A stretch of 64,000 bases of DNA from Octopus sinensis. Lineage: Eukaryota. The stretch covers positions 38,502,001 through 38,566,000 of the forward strand of contig NC_043005.1 of the NCBI RefSeq assembly GCF_006345805.1, read 5' to 3'. Made by a program: the position numbers and the translations under genes. The notes beneath the pieces were generated by a model. The model saw only the letters and a program-made list of their open reading frames with translations. It was not told the DNA's origin and did not search any database. Shown here in pieces: positions 1-12,479 of this stretch. Position 1 is the first letter of the stretch. Every line of letters begins with the position of its first letter.

Positions 1-750
1 TTGTCTTTTAGGTACAAGTTTAGGTGTTATGTCAAATGTACCAATTACGATAGGAATAATTGTTCTCTTAGACTTTCCTTCAGCCCTCTGGCTATATCCT
101 GATATTTTTCAATTTAATCAATTTATTTGGATCGATTCAGCTATCATAAGGAATTGTAAAATCTATGATCTTACACTGTTCATTTTGCCTTCTATGTTAA
201 CGTCATGTCTCTTTGCTTCATTAGTATGGTCTCATTCCCTATCAGAGCCTTTGGTCTGTGTTCATATCAACATCCTGTTACTTCGGAGACATACTCGACT
301 AACATTCCAACGCACTCTTTACCTATACAGTCATGTCTGTACTTATACTCTTTTTCTCTTTTTGTGCTAGCTTACTGCACTCCCTTAAGAGATTTGTTTT
401 TTTTTCCCTTTTTTAGCAAAAGTCCGAGGACTGCAGCCTTGCTGGGATATACTTTGGTCACCGTTCCTACAGATTCTATATTTGTTGTTTGACTGAGTTT
501 TGTCGACATTTACCTTTATGAGATATTCTCTAATGGATTGTACCTGAGCAGATATAATTAGCGTTTATGTCTCTCGTTTCTAGTTCGAGTTCCCACCAGT
601 GATCCTCAGCGTTCTTTACTCCCAACATCCTCGGTTTGTTGCATGAACTGGCCATGTAATGCCATTTCTTTCCATTTGCTTGTTCTGTTATAAGTTCTCG
701 GATTCTCCTACTGTTTCAGTAACATTTTGGGCGTCTCTAATGCCACGCAC
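1..750 (-). mobile_element. Decayed R4/Dong-type (RLE, restriction-like endonuclease) non-LTR retrotransposon, 3' part of ORF
   Basis: Minus-strand translation across frameshifts gives KWKEMALHGQF, ECSKLAQKE, EYKYRHD, CKIIDF, EKYQDIARGLK and IIPIVIG. These follow the zinc-knuckle + PD-(D/E)xK order of R4/Dong ORFs. The 5' side abuts (CAT)n at 751-764. Confidence 0.75.
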
Positions 751-766
751 CATCATCATCATCACT

Positions 767-975
767 AAGGTGGCGCTTTAGGCAGAATCTTTAGCACGCT
801 GGATGAATGGCATGGCAGCATTCCGTCTTGTCTTTACTCTCTGAGTTCAGATTCTGCCGAGGTCGGCTTTGCCTTTCATCCTTCCGGGATCGATGAAATA
901 GGTACAAGTGGGTCACTGAGGTCGATGTAATCGGCTTATCCCCTCACTCGAAATAGCTGGTCTTCTGCCAAAATT
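767..975 (+). mobile_element. tRNA-head SINE, family A (diverged copy)
   Basis: AAGGTGGCG..GGCAGAATC..TTAGCACG head, B-box-like GAGTTCAGATTCTGCC and body GAGGTCGGCTTTGCCTTTCATCC. Matches the many copies elsewhere in the window. Confidence 0.75.
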
Positions 976-987
976 TAAAAATCGTTT

Positions 988-1068
988 TTATTATTAGTGG
1001 TAGCTGTAGTATTAGTAGCAGCAGTAGTAGTAATAGTAGTGGTGGTGGTGGTGGTGGTGGTATTATTA

Positions 1069-1101
<33 letters not shown>

Positions 1102-1414
1102 GTAGTAGTAGTAGTAGTAGTAGTAGTGTTCAGGGTGGTCGCTGTCGAGGTAATCATCACTGAAATGGTGACGGAGATGGCGACGCTGATGGTATGGTGG
1201 GTGGTAATTAATGTTATGACGTAATACAGACTGCAATACAATGTAAGACGATATTAAAACATAAACGTACTGCAAGACTAACAATGGCGGTCGTCGTTGA
1301 GACATTGGACATTGATTAACCAAACAATTACGCTAGATTGCCAAACAAAGAAATGAAACAAAAGTATCAACAATAACAACAACAACAACAACTATAATAA
1401 TAATTATTGTCATT

Positions 1415-1458
<44 letters not shown>
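988..1458. repeat. Compound trinucleotide microsatellites (TAG/GTG/ATT/AAC)n
   Basis: Directly visible at 988-1128 and 1370-1458. Confidence 0.9.
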
Positions 1459-1459
<1 letters not shown>

Positions 1460-1757
1460 AAATAATAAGGCAGAAGAAAGGAAATAGCAACGAATGAAAC
1501 GAAAAGAGATAGAAGAAAATAAATGATCAAGATGGAAAGAGTAAACACGACAAAACTCTATCCATCTTCCATATCGAAAAAAAAAAAAAGAAGAAAACTC
1601 ATTAAAGAAAATAAAACTCAGCAGAAAGCTATAAATAAAATGTTTAGTCGCTGAATCCTCTGTTTATGTTTACGTGTGTGTGTGCGGATACTTATATGTT
1701 CTGTGTATTGTGAGAGCCTGTGTGTGAGTGTATATATATATATATAATATGTATATA

Positions 1758-1840
<83 letters not shown>

Positions 1841-2442
1841 TGAGAGAGAGGGAGGGAGAGAAAACAGACACAAACAAATATACCAATTCATATAAACGTA
1901 TATACACAGAAATATTCATAGATATACAAGACAAAACACGCACACCTACATATCTATTTCCGTATATATATATATATATATATCTTATATATATATATAT
2001 ATCTACACAGAGAGAAAGAGCAATAAGAAAATGGAGGGATCAATAGGTGGTTCATCAACTTTTAGACATTATATTATGTCGACTTATTTATTTATTTACT
2101 ATAATGACAATTACAAAAATATACATACATGTATAACATTATGATTTACATATAAAATATATCAATATATAAAGATACCAGTAATTATTAAAATATAACA
2201 TACAGGAATATAGATTGGGAAAATATCTTACAGCTGTTTCAGCTAAATAACAGGACATAAGGACGAATTAAATTAAGCTGGCGTGTATGGATGTAACGCT
2301 TTATGGCAGGGACGTGTGTGTATAACTTTGGTATGTCTCGGAATTTAATTTTCACAACATCAGTTGGGGGAAACTTCAAATGGTATATTTAAAGTCTCTC
2401 ACAAATCAATATTATCAATACATTTTACCCTGCTAAATGTAT

Positions 2443-3190
2443 AGATAATACACGACGCTATAATAAAGCTTCACCGTATATACTGACAAAGATGTGTGCA
2501 GGCGGCGAGCATAAGAAATTTCATCTTACCTGTATGAAGAACATCAGATAAATATCCAATCCAGATGGTTTCAAACTCTTCAAGATACTTTTGTTAACGT
2601 AAATTTGATTTACTTCTCTTCAGTTAGATTTACCAGAACAAAATTTCAAATGCTACCACATCAGTGATGATTTATTATAGCGTCGTATATTATTGACTGC
2701 ATTTCCAGTAAATATTGGTGCATGGTTTTGCCACCATTCTATATTTATATTTATACTTTAACCGTATGGTGCTTCATTTTACTGGAAAACAATACTCTTA
2801 TATCGGACTATTTAAATTTTTTCTTTGATAAAATTTTCACTGTTCTCGTTTCTCTTAGCGGCCCGGTTGTCAAGCGAGTATACTGGCATTGATGTGGCAA
2901 AATTTGAAATTTTTTTCTGGTAAATCTTCCTGAAGACAATTAATCAAGCTTACGTTAACAAACGTGTCTTGAAGAGTTTGAAACCCAGGTCCCTGATTAC
3001 CCACATCTGGGCTAGACATTTATCTGATGTTCATCCTATAGTTAAGATGAAATTTCTTATGTTCGCCACCAGCACACATCTTTGCCAGTATATACAGTGA
3101 AGCTTTATTATAGCGTCGTATATTATCTCCTGCTATTTTCCAGTAAATATTAGTGCATTTGTATACCACCATGTATATAGATAATATATA
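2443..3190. mobile_element. Probable Penelope-like element remnant, present as inverted and partial direct copies
   Basis: 2443-2666 is an inverted, diverged copy of 2886-3128, and 2671-2740 directly repeats 3105-3175. The minus ORF 3020-3202 (YWKIAGDNIRRYNKASLYILAKMC) loosely resembles the C-terminal part of PLE GIY-YIG domains. Confidence 0.45.
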
Positions 3191-3282
3191 ATATATATAC
3201 ATACATATATATATGTATCTATATATATATATTTATATATATTTATATATATATATATATGTTATATATATATATATATTAA

Positions 3283-3323
<41 letters not shown>

Positions 3324-3556
3324 ATATATATATATATATATATCGTATATATGTATATGTATGCATAAGTATGACCCCCTCTGTGACTCTGTGACGTGTT
3401 TGAAATCTCACTGGTTAGTAATAAAGGCCTATCGGCTCTATATGGCCTATAGCGATCATACACATGCACGACCGCACGTACAACATTCTTCGATAGAAGG
3501 ATAAATGTAGATAGTGTATTTAAATAGACGGAGTGCCAAAAATTTAAAATAAGTAA

Positions 3557-3809
3557 TGTTGTAGGCAGAACTTGCAAATACCGTAAAGACAAAGATATTT
3601 ACGCACGAAAACTTTGAAATACATTGAAGTCAATTTTTGGCAGATGTGGCAAAACTGAATTTAAGCACATTGGGTGAACAAGAATTAAAAATAACGAAAG
3701 TATTTTCAGAGACAGCGTACAAAAACCGTAACGACAGAGATTCTTACGCACGACTAATTGAAATACACGGAAGGCAGTTTGTAGGCAGAAGTTTCTAAGT
3801 GTGTGAGTT

Positions 3810-3853
<44 letters not shown>

Positions 3854-4222
3854 GGAAAGAAAGAGACAGAGACTAAAAGAGAGGACCTATTACAGACGAT
3901 GAGAGAGAATATGTGTAAGCAAGACAAACAGAATGAAAAAAGTGAGAGAAGAGAGAAATAAACAGAGAGACAAAAAGGAGAGAATCGGTTGAAAACAGCA
4001 GAAGTTTTTATATAAAAAAAGACCCGTGTAAAACACCGTTTTTCCCAGTTTCTCACTTTACGCGGGAATTCTGGACAGAATCTTATGGCGCATCACGATC
4101 CTCGGCACGTAAGTAATGTGTGTGTAAAGTTTGGTGAAAATCGGTTGTAAACTGTAGAAATGCATAGTACTACACTCACAGACATACACACAGACATCTT
4201 TTATTTTATATATATATATATA
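3557..4222 (-). mobile_element. Putative non-autonomous Helitron-like element (5' end in (TA)n)
   Basis: Minus strand starts TATATATAAAATAAAAGATGTCTGTGTGTATGTCTGTG, like non-autonomous Helitron 5' ends. The 16-mer AGTTTGGTGAAAATCG (4128-4143) is identical to 63911-63926 upstream of the RepHel ORF. No 3' CTAG found. Confidence 0.45.
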
Positions 4223-4654
4223 AATAACAAGCCCATTAAGTTTTTAATACTACCTCACATGCACATAGACACATGCATAGATACATCTGCATACTCATAT
4301 ACACACACACATAAATATATATATACATATGCGTACATTTATATGTGTGTGCATGAGTGTGCACGAAAAGACAATATTCCCATAACAAATATAACTCGTA
4401 GGTTAAAAATGTACCGACTATATCATAATAATTTGGAAGGAAAATCTTATTTAGCTGAGCATGAAGCATGCTGCGGACGATATAAAATTCTGGATGTGAG
4501 TTGATTGTCCAGTCACGCTTTGCTTCATATAAAGAGGGAGGAGAGAGATCATGGGGAGAGAAAAATCGTAAAGGCAGAAAACGAGGAGGAGATGGAGGAG
4601 AAGTGTGAGACAATATGAATGTGTGTGTGTGAGTGAATAATATATATATATATA

Positions 4655-4709
<55 letters not shown>

Positions 4710-5000
4710 TGTGTATATATATATATATATAACAGAGAGAGGAAAGACAGAAGCAGAGATAGAGAGAGAGAGAGAGAGAAAGAAATGAGGGTGACTGCGT
4801 TTTGGAAACTTCGCTAATATAATGTCAACATAGAAAATCTATTTTTAGTTTTGTTTTCTTACTTTTTGAATAATGTTTCATTAATTTATTTTAAGAAATT
4901 TAAATTTTCCTTTTGAAAATTAGTATTCAGTTCATTATTTTGTATACGCACCAAGAAATTTAATAATATTTAAATTATAATAATTGTAAATATATATATA

Positions 5001-5056
5001 GGCGGCGCTCCAGCATGGCCGCAGTCAAATGACTGAAACAAGTAAAGAAGAAAAAG

Positions 5057-5058
<2 letters not shown>
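5001..5058 (+). mobile_element. SINE/LINE 3' tail fragment with 5-bp stem-loop
   Basis: GGCGGCGCTCCAGCATGGCCG-CAGTC-AAAT-GACTG-AAACAAGTAAAG. Related copies at 30601-30645 (+), 30841-30890 (-) and ~30290-30335 (-, degenerate). Confidence 0.7.
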
Positions 5059-5103
<45 letters not shown>

Positions 5104-5111
5104 ATATATAT

Positions 5112-5850
5112 AGTCCATTCCAGAACTTCCGAGATTTTTAAACCCATCAAATTAGGATCTTCTGAATGTAATTGTTAAAGCACTAAAACCACTTTGTGAA
5201 GATCCCATGGAAGTCCTCAAAAGTGAAGGAGTCCAGGACCTTGCCACAGCCTTCTTCATCTCAATACCTTTAAAATGACTGCGCTTGATGTTCACCTTCA
5301 GCTTGGAGAATAACCGAACGTCTCAGGTAGCAAGGCCTCGACTGCCAGGAGATTGAGGGACCGTTTTCATGCTAATCTCTGTTAAGCATTTGTTTCGAGT
5401 ATGGTATTGCATTATCCTAGCACTGGTGCCACCAATCGAGGAGAACAATTGCAGCCTTTTGCGACGCAATCTCTTCATAAACTCCCTCAAATCCTCCACA
5501 AAGTACTCTTTGTTGACCACCTACCAGTGGGATTCTAGTGGATGTGGATGTAGCCTTGCTGTCGAAAAAGGGGATCACCATGAGTTTCTTGGCGTACTCG
5601 CTTTGCTTGGTCTCTTGTGCGAGCAAAGAAGAGTTGCTCAGCTCGAACAAGTTAATCCATAAGCAGTATGGAGCATTTCATAAGTTTCGTTAGCGTATTT
5701 GCCCAGTTTAACAGAAAACTTTATTAAACAGCAAGCTTCTAATCTGTCTTCACGTCAGACTGCATTTTGCAAACTAGTTACCTGTGACAAGCAGCGTTTG
5801 GTAAGGCGTGTTCAAAGTGCTGTAACAGCAGCTGCCTCCTTTAATCTGGA
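5112..5850 (-). mobile_element. Mariner (Tc1/mariner) transposase remnant
   Basis: Fragments KLMVIPFFDS, VNKEYFVEDLREFMKRLRRKR, KTVPQSP, RLFSKLK and TFEDFHG follow the order of the mariner catalytic domain (LMIPFFDS..VNKEYY..KTVPQPPYSPDLAP..DFWLFPKLK). Confidence 0.8.
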
Positions 5851-6019
5851 ATAAAAATGTTGGTAGGTCAGCTTATTAAGTGTATAATAATGTATTAAAA
5901 CTAGAAAAATCTACGACTGCCTCTCCTGAAAAAAGTCCCAAACCTTCTGGAATGCACCTTGTATGTCCTATTTCTTGATATCATATCCAGTTTACTTCCC
6001 GAGTTACCTCTCATACTTC

Positions 6020-6240
6020 GTCCTAAATTTGGCACAAGGTTTGCAATTTAGAGAAGAGGAGAAGTCGATTGCATCTATCCCTGTCCCCAACTGGTACATA
6101 TTTTGTCGACCCCAGAGAGATGAAAAGCAATGTTGAATGTGGAGGTATGAAAAACATAGGTGGAATTTGAACTCAGAACCTAAATAACTGGAATAAATGA
6201 AACTAAGCATTTTGTCCAGCGCAGTAACGATCCAACCAGT
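6020..6240 (-). mobile_element. tRNA-head SINE, family A
   Basis: Reverse complement of the family A head and body (GAATTTGAACTCAGAAC, GTCGACCCC..GATGAAAAGCAA). Confidence 0.7.
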
Positions 6241-6925
6241 TCACTGACTAGTTCCAGTTACATAATAATACACAAAAATAAAATCACAATTGTGGTAATT
6301 AGAATTAATGATAAGCAAATAAGGAAGTAAGAAACTGATCTTATTATAGACAAAATACCACCATTAATCTGTAATCATATTAATCTTAAAGATTCATCTG
6401 TTTTCAATAAATTCATTTGAATGAGCAAGAAGTAATGAATGCAATTTATTAGAAAATATATAATTAAAACATTGGTTATATCCTACAAATTTCTTTTAAA
6501 TATACAACGACTTTTAAGGAACATAATACATAATTACAGATACATATGAACATATACAAACACACATATATGTATATATATATATATAAAAAGATTTAAT
6601 TAAAAGAAAGCAATTAAAATTTACAACTAGCTTTGTTGGGTGAAGGTGCTTATCTCCCCTGTTTGAAAACTTAAAGACACAGAACGTTTGTACATTATTT
6701 ATATTATTTACATTCGACGGATATTTACCCTAATCTTGTTTGCTGTTAACAACAACGCTTCGGCTGATATACCCTCCAGCCTTCTTCGGATGCCTTGGGG
6801 CCAAATAGCAGTAGCATTCATCCCTTTCCTGGTATTGCCTCATTAAGTTAGCAATAAGCATCACTATACATAAATGCATACAATAACATACATACATACA
6901 TATATTATATATATATATATAATAT

Positions 6926-6957
<32 letters not shown>

Positions 6958-8353
6958 CACATATATATATATATATAGTAGAGGAAAATGAAAACGCATA
7001 TCCTAGGCAGTCAACCAAATTCTCGAACGCATAAATGAAGATATTCAATCAATGTAATTGAATCAGATATATTTATACAAATCAATATGAATCATGCATA
7101 TATCGGCATCTACAGTTGTTTCTGCTAGCCATACGCTAATGAGGTTCATGACATAATTTTAAAATGTATAGTTATGACGTTCACTGGGCAAACGCATGGT
7201 TTTGGGTTCAGTATACCGGCGCAGCAGTTTGGAGAAGTTTCTTTTTGTTGTAATACCGGGTTGACAAATAATTTCTAAGTCAATTTGGTTGACGAGAAGT
7301 GTGTGGAAACCATCCAGACAGGTATATATGTATTCACATATTATGTGTCTACGTCTGTTGGATAGCTCTTGAAAACCGGTGTAGATTTGAACACCATAAT
7401 ATATATATATATACATATACATACATACATACACACACACACATATATATATACATATATATATATACATTCAATACATAAACATATACACATACATGTG
7501 TGTGTGTAGCCCTAAGCAAATAATGTGCAGTCGAGCTATATTGTTATTAAATACTTTTAAGTCCAGGCTAATATAATGTGCGTTAGTCGATCGCGCATAT
7601 GATATATATATATTATATATATATATATATATATTATATATACATACATATATACATACATGTATCTATGCATATATGTATATATGAATTAATAAATAGC
7701 ACGAATGTCATCCATTTATGGCACACTGCATTTCAGCTACCATAGCTACTGCATAACAAGCAACTAATCTATTTCGTTTAATTTCGTTCCAATTATACAG
7801 CCAATCTCATCACATAAGCTGCTGATGCCAACCAATCACAACACAATATCAAACACATAAACAGTTCTTCCACTGAATTACATTTTTCTTCTCCAAGAAT
7901 AAGGCTAATTGCTGATGTGAACTGGTCATTGGTTTCAATTGTATGTGCACCTAATCATTCACTTACACAGGAACGCTAATCTTACTCGAACATGGCCGCT
8001 CCAAATACCAGTATAATGATGCATTGCTGAACAAGGTTAAATGAATTTTTCTTTTTTCTCGTAAAATAGGAAATGCAATTTGATTCTGGTCTATGTTAAC
8101 TAAATCCGATGTTGGATACTGGAAACGAAACGATTAATGATTAATTTAGATAATCGATTTTTCGGGCTTTTATTAGACGAAACACCTACAGACAGAAGTT
8201 TGCACCCTAATTATCATATGTATGCAAATATATATTTATGTATGCATGCATGTATATATAAATAAATAAATATAATATATATATATATATATATTATATA
8301 TATTATATATATTATATATAATATATATATATATAATATATATATATATGCAT

Positions 8354-8387
<34 letters not shown>

Positions 8388-8395
8388 CACTCATG

Positions 8396-8450
<55 letters not shown>

Positions 8451-8613
8451 TCATGTATATATATACATATTATGCATATATTCATGTGTATATATGCGTG
8501 CGTATTGATGTATGTATGTATGTACATATATATTTTTATTTTTTATTTTTTATTTTTTATTTAGTTTCAGCTCACAAGCTGTGGCCATGCTCGGGCACCG
8601 CCATTTGAAGTTG

Positions 8614-11544
8614 CTACATGATTTTACTTCCCGAATGCCTTTTAGCAAATGCCATCTGGTGCATGAGAGAGTTCGATGCAGCTGCCCTTATCTGCACCTC
8701 CTGCCGTGAAGTTGGTTCATCTGGGACACCTGACAAGAAGAGATCCAGTTTCATTTTAAAGACATCTGCATCCACCCCATGCAGGTCTCTTAGTTCTTCG
8801 AGATATTGAAGAGCTGTGGGCCTCGGAAGCCCAGGCTATCACAGTATCTTGTCCTACATCTTGATGGCAAATTTGGAGTCCTTGGCACTATGCAGTGGCA
8901 CCCAGTTCTGGCATTTGTGTAACTCTCGATGCCAAAGTTTGGGACAAGTCCTTCTAGGATCTTCCAGATGTATATTACGGCATATCTTTCTCGCCTACGC
9001 TCCAAGGAATAGAGTCTCAATCTCTTGAGTCTTTCCCAATAGCTTATATGCTGCACGGAGCCTATCTTCTTCGTGTAGCTTCGTTGGATCGCCTCAAGTT
9101 CTGTGATTAACTTGACACTGGATGGTGACCATAGCTGAGAGCAATAGTCAAAGTGGCTTAGGACAAGTGTCCTCCAGAGGACCATCATGGTTTCCTGGTA
9201 TCTTGTTCTAAAGGTTCTAAGAATCCATCCGGTCAACCGCCTACATTTCATTGCCAATTTAGCAACATGCACATGAAAGGTTGCATCATCATTCATGTAA
9301 ATACCAAGGTCTCGCACTGGTTGTGCTTCTGGGATTGCAATCCCTCCAGGTCCAGTGTATTTATTGGGTATTGCATTTAGTTTTGCATGCTGATAGTATA
9401 AAGCTTGAAACTTTTCAGCATTGAACTGCATGCTATTCTTTTCAGCCCACTTGTATATTTTGTCCAGCTCACATTGCAGGCGTTTAGTGTCCTCAGGGTT
9501 CTGTATTCCCTGTAAAACTTTTGTATCATCTGCATAACTTGTGATCGTGGCTCTCTGCGTGGCTGAAGGCATGTCTGAGAGGGCCATTATGAACAGTAGT
9601 GGTCCCAGAACAGTTCCTTGCGGGACACCGCTCACTGTTTGCGTGTTAATGGCTACTACCTCCTGACTTCTATCCTTCAGAAAGTCATGAAGCCATTCTC
9701 CCAATTTTCCAACTATGCCAAGATCACGCAGTTTGTGACATATCATTCCATGATCGACTCTATCAAAGGCCTTTGCAAAGTCGAGACTTCCACATTTGAG
9801 TGGTTGAGCAATCGTTTCAGCACCCAGTCATAGTGTTGTAGGAGCTGAGTTAAGCAGCTTCTTCCTGGTCGGAAACCATGTTGGGTGTCAGGCAGCAAGT
9901 CATTTTCTTCAAGGAAGGTGATTAGTTTCCTTCTGACTATTCGTTCTATGACCTTGCTGATGTGTGAGGTCAAAAAGATAGGTCTGTAGTTCTTGGCCTC
10001 CGCTCTGCTACCTCCTTTATGAATAGGGCATATTTTACCTTCCTTCAGTTTTCTTGGAAGTTTGCCAGTTGCAAGGAAGCTCTGAAAGAGGAACTGCAGT
10101 GGTCTTGCTAGGACTCTCTTACATACTTTTAGAAGGATTGCTGAGAATCCATCGGGGCCAGTAGCTGAGTTTGTTTTCATTTCATCAATAGCCTTTATTA
10201 CATCGTCTTCCTTTATATTGATGTAATCAATCATCGCTGCCTCTGATTTTATATCTGCAGTGGTAAAGAAGTCAGTTGGATTGCTGACTTGAAAATGCCC
10301 TAGAGGTGGAGTGAAAATACACTTGAATTGCTCACTTAGTATTTCACTTACCCTCATTGGATTTCCTGTGAGTGTGCCATCCTTTTCAAGGAGTGGCCCT
10401 ATCTTACAGTGCACCGTAGCTGTTTCTTTGGCATACCTGTAGCAAGCTCTGGGGTTAGATTTTATGTTGTCTATAGCCTAGGCTTCTCTGTCTGCTCTTT
10501 CTTTTTCATGGGAGAGTTGCAGACATTTTTCAATTTCCAACAGTTTTATTTTCAGGCGAGACTTTTCACTGCTTTCAATTTGTTTGTTTAGGCGATTTGA
10601 AACTTTTGTACGCCGTCTCATTAAAATTTTCCTCTCTCTGGGGATTTTGCTCTTGTGTACAGTGGCCTTTCTCTCTGGGACACATTTGTAGCATATGGCT
10701 TGCATTACAGACATGAATTGTTGAAGTTTCATGTCGATGTCTGGCGAGGATAGACATTCAGGCCAGTTTTGTTTGAGAATCTCTTTCTCAATTTGTTTCC
10801 AGTTTACCTTATGGAAGTTCAAGCTGGAAAGATTCTGAGAGTTTCTTGTAGGCTGCATGTCCATGCTTTCCTTTGGCCCGTACATGGTCAGCTTTACCAT
10901 GTAGTGATCCGAGAGTAGTGTCGGCGTCACTTCCACATTATGGATGAGATCCATATTATTTGTGAAGCAGAGATCCAGTATGTTACCTGCCCTGGTTGGT
11001 TGGAGTATTACTTGCTCCATGTACAGAGTGTTGATGAGGTTCAGGAGGGACCTCGCCTGTCCTCGTTCACATTGTGTCATTCGAGAGAGAGAAAGGCCCT
11101 CGGGCCATCTGATATTGGGTAGATTGAAGTCTCCCGTAAGAAGTACACTTATGTGTTGTTCTAATGTGACTAGACCTATTTTTATAAGGCAGTCTTCAAA
11201 CTTGCCTACATGGCTTGGGGCATCTGGAGGGCGATATGTAGCGCATATAACTACACCAAGTTGTCTTATATTTACAATTAGTGTGTCACACACCGAATTT
11301 GAGTAAGACTAAAGGACCTGGGGTATGAGTACATAGCAACTCCTCCATGACTCCTTTCTTTTCTGTCGGTCCGTAGTACAACATACTGTGGTACGTGTAT
11401 TTCCGCATCTGCTATGTCTGGTTTCAGGTGTGTTTCCGTAAGTGCTATGCATAAGGCTTGATTGCATGCAACAAAGTCTCTCAAGAACGGGATTTTTGTC
11501 CTATTACTGAGTGTTAGCAGTCCTCTGATGTTCAGTAGGAGCAT
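8614..11544 (-). pseudogene. LINE ORF2: apurinic-like endonuclease + reverse transcriptase, disrupted
   Basis: EN: MLLLNIRGL, IALTETHL, HGGVAMY, YRPPDA, LLTGDFNLP, GNILDLCFTN, SDH. RT: GPDGF, NYRPIFLTSHISKVIE, QHGFRPGRSCLTQLL, SGVPQGTVLGPLLF, YADD. C-terminal YSLERRRERY. Frameshifts near 11290, 9780 and 8790; in-frame TAG at 10478-10480; natural stop at 8614-8616. Confidence 0.93.
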
Positions 11545-12479
11545 CGAGGTGAGGTGTATACTGTTGCCGGCGGTGTCCACCTTGGGTCTATTTGCTGTGG
11601 CGGTCTTGTGTATTGTGGATAGTGCCGTCTGCGAGTTTGAGTTTGATGGAGCCAGGTTAGCTGCTGTACTATCTTTTGTGCCATGCACAAAAAAGATTCT
11701 TGTTCAGCAGCTGCCCTTTCAATAACATGTTGGCGATTTGTAGCACGCACCACATCTGCGTACCTCCGTTTTGGGGCAGGTGGTGCGTGGTCCATTCCTT
11801 TTCCTTTTGGTAGTTGGTTTCTGACCTGTTTCGTGTTTATGTGGCAGGGTCTTTGATGTGCAAAACGGCAGCCGGCACCTTCCTGTCCATGCCAGCAGAC
11901 ACCTTTCAGGTGGAAGTTACACATTCGTGTGCGCTGTCTGTTTCTATCCTTTTTGGTACATGGATAATCAGGTTTGCTTCTATCCTTGGCTGTTTCATCT
12001 TTTGGTTTTGTTTTTGAGTTTTAGTTTTTCCTTCTTTGGCTGTTTCATCTTTTGTTTTTCTTTTAGTTTTTCCTCCTTTTATTTCTTTTTTGGCTCTTTC
12101 ATCTTTGGCTTTTGGTGCTGGTAGGAGCACTTGTACTTGGGTTTACTTCCCGGGTAGGTTTCTCACCTGAATCTTCTTTGTTGCTGTCCTGGGTGTCTAC
12201 CAAGTGGGGATGATATCTTTCATCAGCACCCGCGCCTCCATCCTTGTCATCTTTACTTTGTTCGTTGTCAAAGATGGCATCAAGCGTGCCAATGTGAGAT
12301 CTTATGAGTGCATAGGAGCGTATAAACTCCTGCTTCTTTCGCTCTATCTACGCTATCGTCCTTTTATATCCACTGCTCTTCAGCGCAGCTGTAATTATGT
12401 TGTTCGGATTATCTCCGTCGGCGCATTGCAAGGCTCTCAGGAACAACGCCAATTCGTTGCTTCTCCAGGTTCTGGACAT
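11532..12479 (-). pseudogene. LINE ORF1 remnant with CCCH-type zinc finger
   Basis: ATG at 12479 (MSRTWRSNELALFLRAL...), an in-frame TAG at codon 44, a Lys/Glu-rich linker and frameshifts. C-x7-C-x8-C-x3-H at 11856-11921. The stop overlaps the ORF2 ATG by 13 nt. Confidence 0.7.
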
